From assembly GCF_009914755.1 (NCBI RefSeq), contig NC_060930.1: a stretch of DNA of 64,000 bases; one strand, written 5' to 3'. How positions within the stretch are numbered: the first letter of the stretch is position 1; each line of letters begins with the position of its first letter. Shown piece by piece: positions 59,384 to 64,000 of the stretch. Both the position numbers and the translations under genes were made by a program. This stretch comes from the human T2T-CHM13v2.0 reference genome, Homo sapiens. Under the pieces are notes generated by a model. That model ran no database searches and was not told where the DNA came from. It worked only from the letters and a program-made list of their open reading frames with translations.

Positions 59384-59701
59384 GATATGTTGCAGTATTA
59401 CTTGAATCTGACAGAGGCGAATCTAAAGGGAGAGTCCATCTGGAAGCTGGAGTATATCCTGACCCAGACCTACGACATTGAAGATTTGCAGCCGGAAAGT
59501 TTATATGGATTAGCTAAACAATTTACAATCCTAGACAGTAAGCAGTTTATAAAATACTACAATTACTTCTTTGTGAGTTATGACAGCAGTGTAACATGTG
59601 ATAAGACATGTAAGGCCTTTCAGATTTGTGCAATTATGAATCTTGATAATATTTCCTATGCAGATTGCCTCAAACAGCTTTATATAAAGCACAATTACTA
59701 G
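59384..59701 (+). CDS. SMPDL3A: SMPDL3A exon 8 (DMLQYYLNLTEAN...CLKQLYIKHNY*)
   Basis: Acceptor CTGCAG|; TAG at 59699-59701; Cys-rich C-terminal domain; total CDS 1362 nt = 453 aa. Confidence 0.98.
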   Translation, partial: DMLQYYLNLTEANLKGESIWKLEYILTQTYDIEDLQPESLYGLAKQFTILDSKQFIKYYNYFFVSYDSSVTCDKTCKAFQICAIMNLDNISYADCLKQLYIKHNY

Positions 59702-59987
59702 TATTTCACAGTTTTTGCTAATAGAAAATGCTGATTCTGATTCTGAGATCAATTTGTGGGAATTTTACATAAATCTTTGTTAATTACTGAGTGGGCAAGT
59801 AGACTTCCTGTCTTTGCTTTCTTTTTTTTTTTCTTTTTGATGCCTTAATGTAGATATCTTTATCATTCTGAATTGTATTATATATTTAAAGTGCTCATTA
59901 ATAGAATGATGGATGTAAATTGGATGTAAATATTCAGTTTATATAATTATATCTAATTTGTACCCTTGTTGAAATTGTCATTTATAC

Positions 59988-59993
59988 AATAAA
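59988..59993 (+). terminator. SMPDL3A: SMPDL3A poly(A) signal AATAAA
   Basis: First AATAAA about 290 nt after the stop codon. Confidence 0.8.
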
Positions 59994-60593
59994 GCGAATT
60001 CTTTATCTCTAAATATGATGAAGTTTTCTTAACATGATAATTTTTAGTTAAAATCTGTGTATTAACTGAGGTCCAAATTGTTTACCTCTCATATGTAAAC
60101 AGATGTTACCACTGTTTACATGCACTATCTACTCTTGGGAAAATACCATGGTCATTAGGAGCATGCTGAAACATCACAGGGCATGTATTGCCTAGCTTTC
60201 TTCATTCTGAGTCTTTGGCATTGCTAACTTTTAAGGATGAGAATGTCACACATACTTATTGTATCTGCAGTACTAGCACAAGGCCTGGGTCCTAGTCCAG
60301 TGCCTGGCACCTAGTAAATAATTGTTGAAATGAATTGAAAGCTGTGAATATTTTTCAAAGAAACGTCCTAGATTACAGTGGTGGCATTTTCTTTGTCACA
60401 GTATTCCAGGATAGGATAAAAATGAGCCTTTTATTTAATGGGATTGTTTTTAGGACTCCAATGGCTCAAGCTGTTTTCTGCTTTCAGGTTAAGTAGGAGA
60501 ATTAAAGTAGAAATGGAAGGGAGAGTGGGAGGGACTGGGGGATTTAAAGGAAGAGAAGATTGTATATCCCAACACTGGCATAGTGGAGAAGAC

Positions 60594-61098
60594 TGTTAAA
60601 GAAAAAAAGCTCATCATGACACTTGTTAAAGATGTTAAGGCAGATGTTATCCAAGGTAGGCCATAGTGGTAGGTATAGGGACCACTGCAATGGAATCCTG
60701 CAGTGAGGGAGAGAGAGTGGACTCAGTTCTGACTTCAACAAGGCTGAGTGGGGATTTATAACCAAGGAGCAGAGTGGGGATCAGTGAATGGAAAATTACC
60801 AGGAGGAAAAACATCAAAGGTAAGAGGTTTCTGGCTATTACCAGGAGGAAAAACATCAAAGGTAAGACGTTTCTGGCTATACCAACTTGATAGGATTATT
60901 GCCGAAGGCAGGCCAGTGTGATAGGATATCAAGGGCGGTCAGATACCAAGGGTGGGGCATTCTCCCTAAGCCAACTTAACAGGATTCTTGCTCAAACTGG
61001 ATCCTGCAAGAACAAAGGAAGCCCAATGTTGGCCTAGTCAAGCAGAGGAATTGGAGGAGCCTGACTAAAGTTTTGGTCAAAAGAGAGAGTCTTTGTCA
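60594..61098 (-). mobile_element. MER31-like ERV1 solo LTR
   Basis: Minus strand begins TGACAAAGACTCTCTCTTTTGACCAAAACTTTAGTCAGGCTCC; perfect TSD AGAC (60590-60593, 61099-61102). Confidence 0.85.
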
Positions 61099-61480
61099 AG
61101 ACATAAAATGAGCAACCTTAGATTGAGGAGAATGGAACTCATCATCCTTGTGACTGGCTTGACTTCATGTATTAAAATGACTTTTTGATGTAACATTGCA
61201 TAATAATGAAACCAAATTATCCTGATTTCCAGAGAGCTAATAAAATAAGTATTACAAAACAAAGATATCATATCTAGGAAACAATCATGATTCATTAGGT
61301 AAACTTTCTTTTAAAATTTTTACTTTTTAGTTTTCAACAAACAAATTAGTATGTTTTAAAAGTGAGAATGCTGAAACAAAGCAAATTTTGTTATAAAGTA
61401 GTCACATCATTTAGAAAACTTCATGCCTGCAATAATATTTAAAGTTGGTATTTTCAGATGACTAGATTGTGTATTCATAC

Positions 61481-61670
61481 TTTTTTAATTTTTAATTTTC
61501 CTGAGTACATAGTAGGTGTATATATTTATGGGGTACATGAGATATTTTGATACAGGCATGCAATGCGTAATAATCACATGAAAAATGGGGTATCTATACT
61601 CTCAAGCATTTATCCTTTGTGTTACAAACAATCCAATTATACTATTTTAGTTAGTTAGAAATATACAATC
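61481..61670 (-). mobile_element. L1MA 3'-end fragment
   Basis: TACATAGTAGGTGTATATATTTATGGGGTACATGAGATATTTTGATACAGGCATGCAATG. Confidence 0.8.
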
Positions 61671-62233
61671 TTCATCTATTCTTATACTTACGGACAGAGG
61701 TTCTAAGAAAACAAATTTGCAACATGTAGGAAAATTTAGAAACAGTGAAAAGCAGATATGGTTTTAGCTGACTTGGAAAATGAGTCCGAGCACTGGAAAT
61801 GGTTGCAGCGTTATTGTGGAGAAAATTTCTGCATCTGTTGGGGGTTTGGGGCAGTGAATATTTAGGGTCTATCCTACTTTATTCTAGAGTTTTTACATTT
61901 TTAATTACACATTTTTGTATTCAGTTTACTTTCCTCTTGAAATATAAATGATTTTAAAATCTGAGTGACATTTAGGGACATTATCAACAGTTAAATTGAT
62001 GTTTCCATTGTAAAACCAGAGCATGTTACAATTATTTATTGTGGTTTATTTCAGATTATGTTCAAATAAATTATGAATTTTATTATGTCCACAGTAAAAC
62101 TTATCTTAATTTGCCTCTGTTTATTGGTGGTGCTTTGGCAAATTCATAAACTGTATCCTGTTTAGATATAGACACTGCTACTTTGAAGATGGTTTTGAAT
62201 GAACATTAACCATATATTGGTAGGAAAAAAGGG

Positions 62234-62591
<358 letters not shown>

Positions 62592-63699
62592 TTAGGTGAG
62601 TAGGAAGATTTAAGGGCAAACTATACCTTATTTATACACTCTGTCACACAGAGAGAAATATCTATTTGAATAAATTTTTTCCATTCATAATGGCTATACT
62701 CTCCCATAGTATGAACGGATTGGTTAAATTGAGCAGGCACCCCCACTTCTTAATATGCAGTAGAGGCATCTGCTTAATAAACTCAGCTGCTCTTCTGGTG
62801 GTGCCTAGCCTAGGACACAACTTGAACTTGTGTACAGACCTCTAACAGAGCATTCGGTTTCTCTGTATTCTTGGAAGATGAGCTGAATCCTTGTCACATC
62901 TGTCTGGAGTGACACTTTTAGGCAATGAGCTTTATGCCAAAAGGAGAAAGCTGGAACTTCATTAGGCTAATAGTATAGGTAATTTGACTATTTCTGGACC
63001 TGCCTGCTGAATAAAATCTATGAGACTTGCTTTCATTGTTAAACTCATCAGATAACAAAATTATAAGGGAAGAAGGGAATAACCTTCACTTTCCTCTTGC
63101 TATTGGAGCTACCTATAAATTTCAAAATAACCAAATAAGTGCAAATAGCTACATTAGGTCAGTTCTACAATGTTGAGTTGAGGATTAAACTTGCTATTGC
63201 TTAGCAATTTCATGCTAGGGATATACTAAAGTGTAAGCTTTCAAAAATATGCAGTAATAATCATGTATAAAATACCTGGGTTAGCACTGTTTGTAATAAC
63301 AATAATAACAACAACAAAACATATAAACCTACATCAACAGGAAAATGGATCAGTGAAGTATTGTTTATTCAGAACGTGGAATATTATACAGAAGCAAAAA
63401 TGAACGAGAATAAATGTCACAAGCATAATAATGAGATAAAAACAAATTGCCAAAGAATAAATACAATAAAATATCATTTACACCAAACTTTAAAAATGCA
63501 AAAATAATATATATTGCTTAGAGATAGATTTAGACAACCAAAAGAAGTATGTTAGTAAAATAAATATCAAGTACAGGTTAGTTGGAAGATGATGAACAGC
63601 ATAGTTAATTGGGAAGAGACACATAAGGAGATTTAAATGTGTAGTAGCTATATAGATGTCTGCTCTATTTTTCTTAAATATGTGTATTCAGTATTATAT

Positions 63700-64000
63700 A
63701 ATCATTTGTTTTAAGGGTAAACAGAGGTCCATCCTTTAAAAATGATTAATTTCACTCTTGTAGGGAGAACGATTTGTTGGGAAAGCTTGGAGACATTGGA
63801 GAGTTTAATGAAATCTAGCTGAGAGCAGATTGTAGTTGGGCTGAGGAGGTGGCAGTGGAGACAGATAGTTCGGTTTATGATATATTTTGGAATTAGAAGC
63901 AGTGGGATCTGTTGCTGACATAGATGTACAAAATGAAATACAGAGAGAAATAAAGTTTGACTGTTGGATTTTTTGCTGGAGCAACTGGTAGATAGTGGTA
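63700..64000 (+). mobile_element. L2 remnant running off the window end
   Basis: GGTGGCAGTGGAGACAGA...GATATATTTTGGAATTAGAAGCAGTGGGATCTGTTGCTGA. Confidence 0.6.

Overview
Primate (very likely human, chr6q22) genomic DNA with two complete + strand genes. FABP7 (brain fatty-acid-binding protein) has 4 coding exons from 30089 to 34061 and encodes 132 aa. SMPDL3A (acid sphingomyelinase-like phosphodiesterase 3A) has 8 coding exons from 39640 to 59701, encodes 453 aa and has a CpG-island promoter. All introns are GT-AG and the exon phases add up exactly. The rest is mostly interspersed repeat: about 25 Alus, a 5'-truncated L1PA with target-site duplication (TSD), older L1s, seven or more solo LTRs (several with TSDs), hAT fossils, L2 and MIR. 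Subfamily names are from memory, not RepeatMasker. I see no evidence of a wholly new biological system. The most notable structures are a 26-bp tandem duplication in SMPDL3A intron 1 that multiplies DR4 (LXR-type) elements, an in-frame read-through with an intronic poly(A) signal in FABP7 intron 3, a CpG-retaining non-repeat block about 10 kb upstream of FABP7, and a closely spaced inverted Alu pair in SMPDL3A intron 7.
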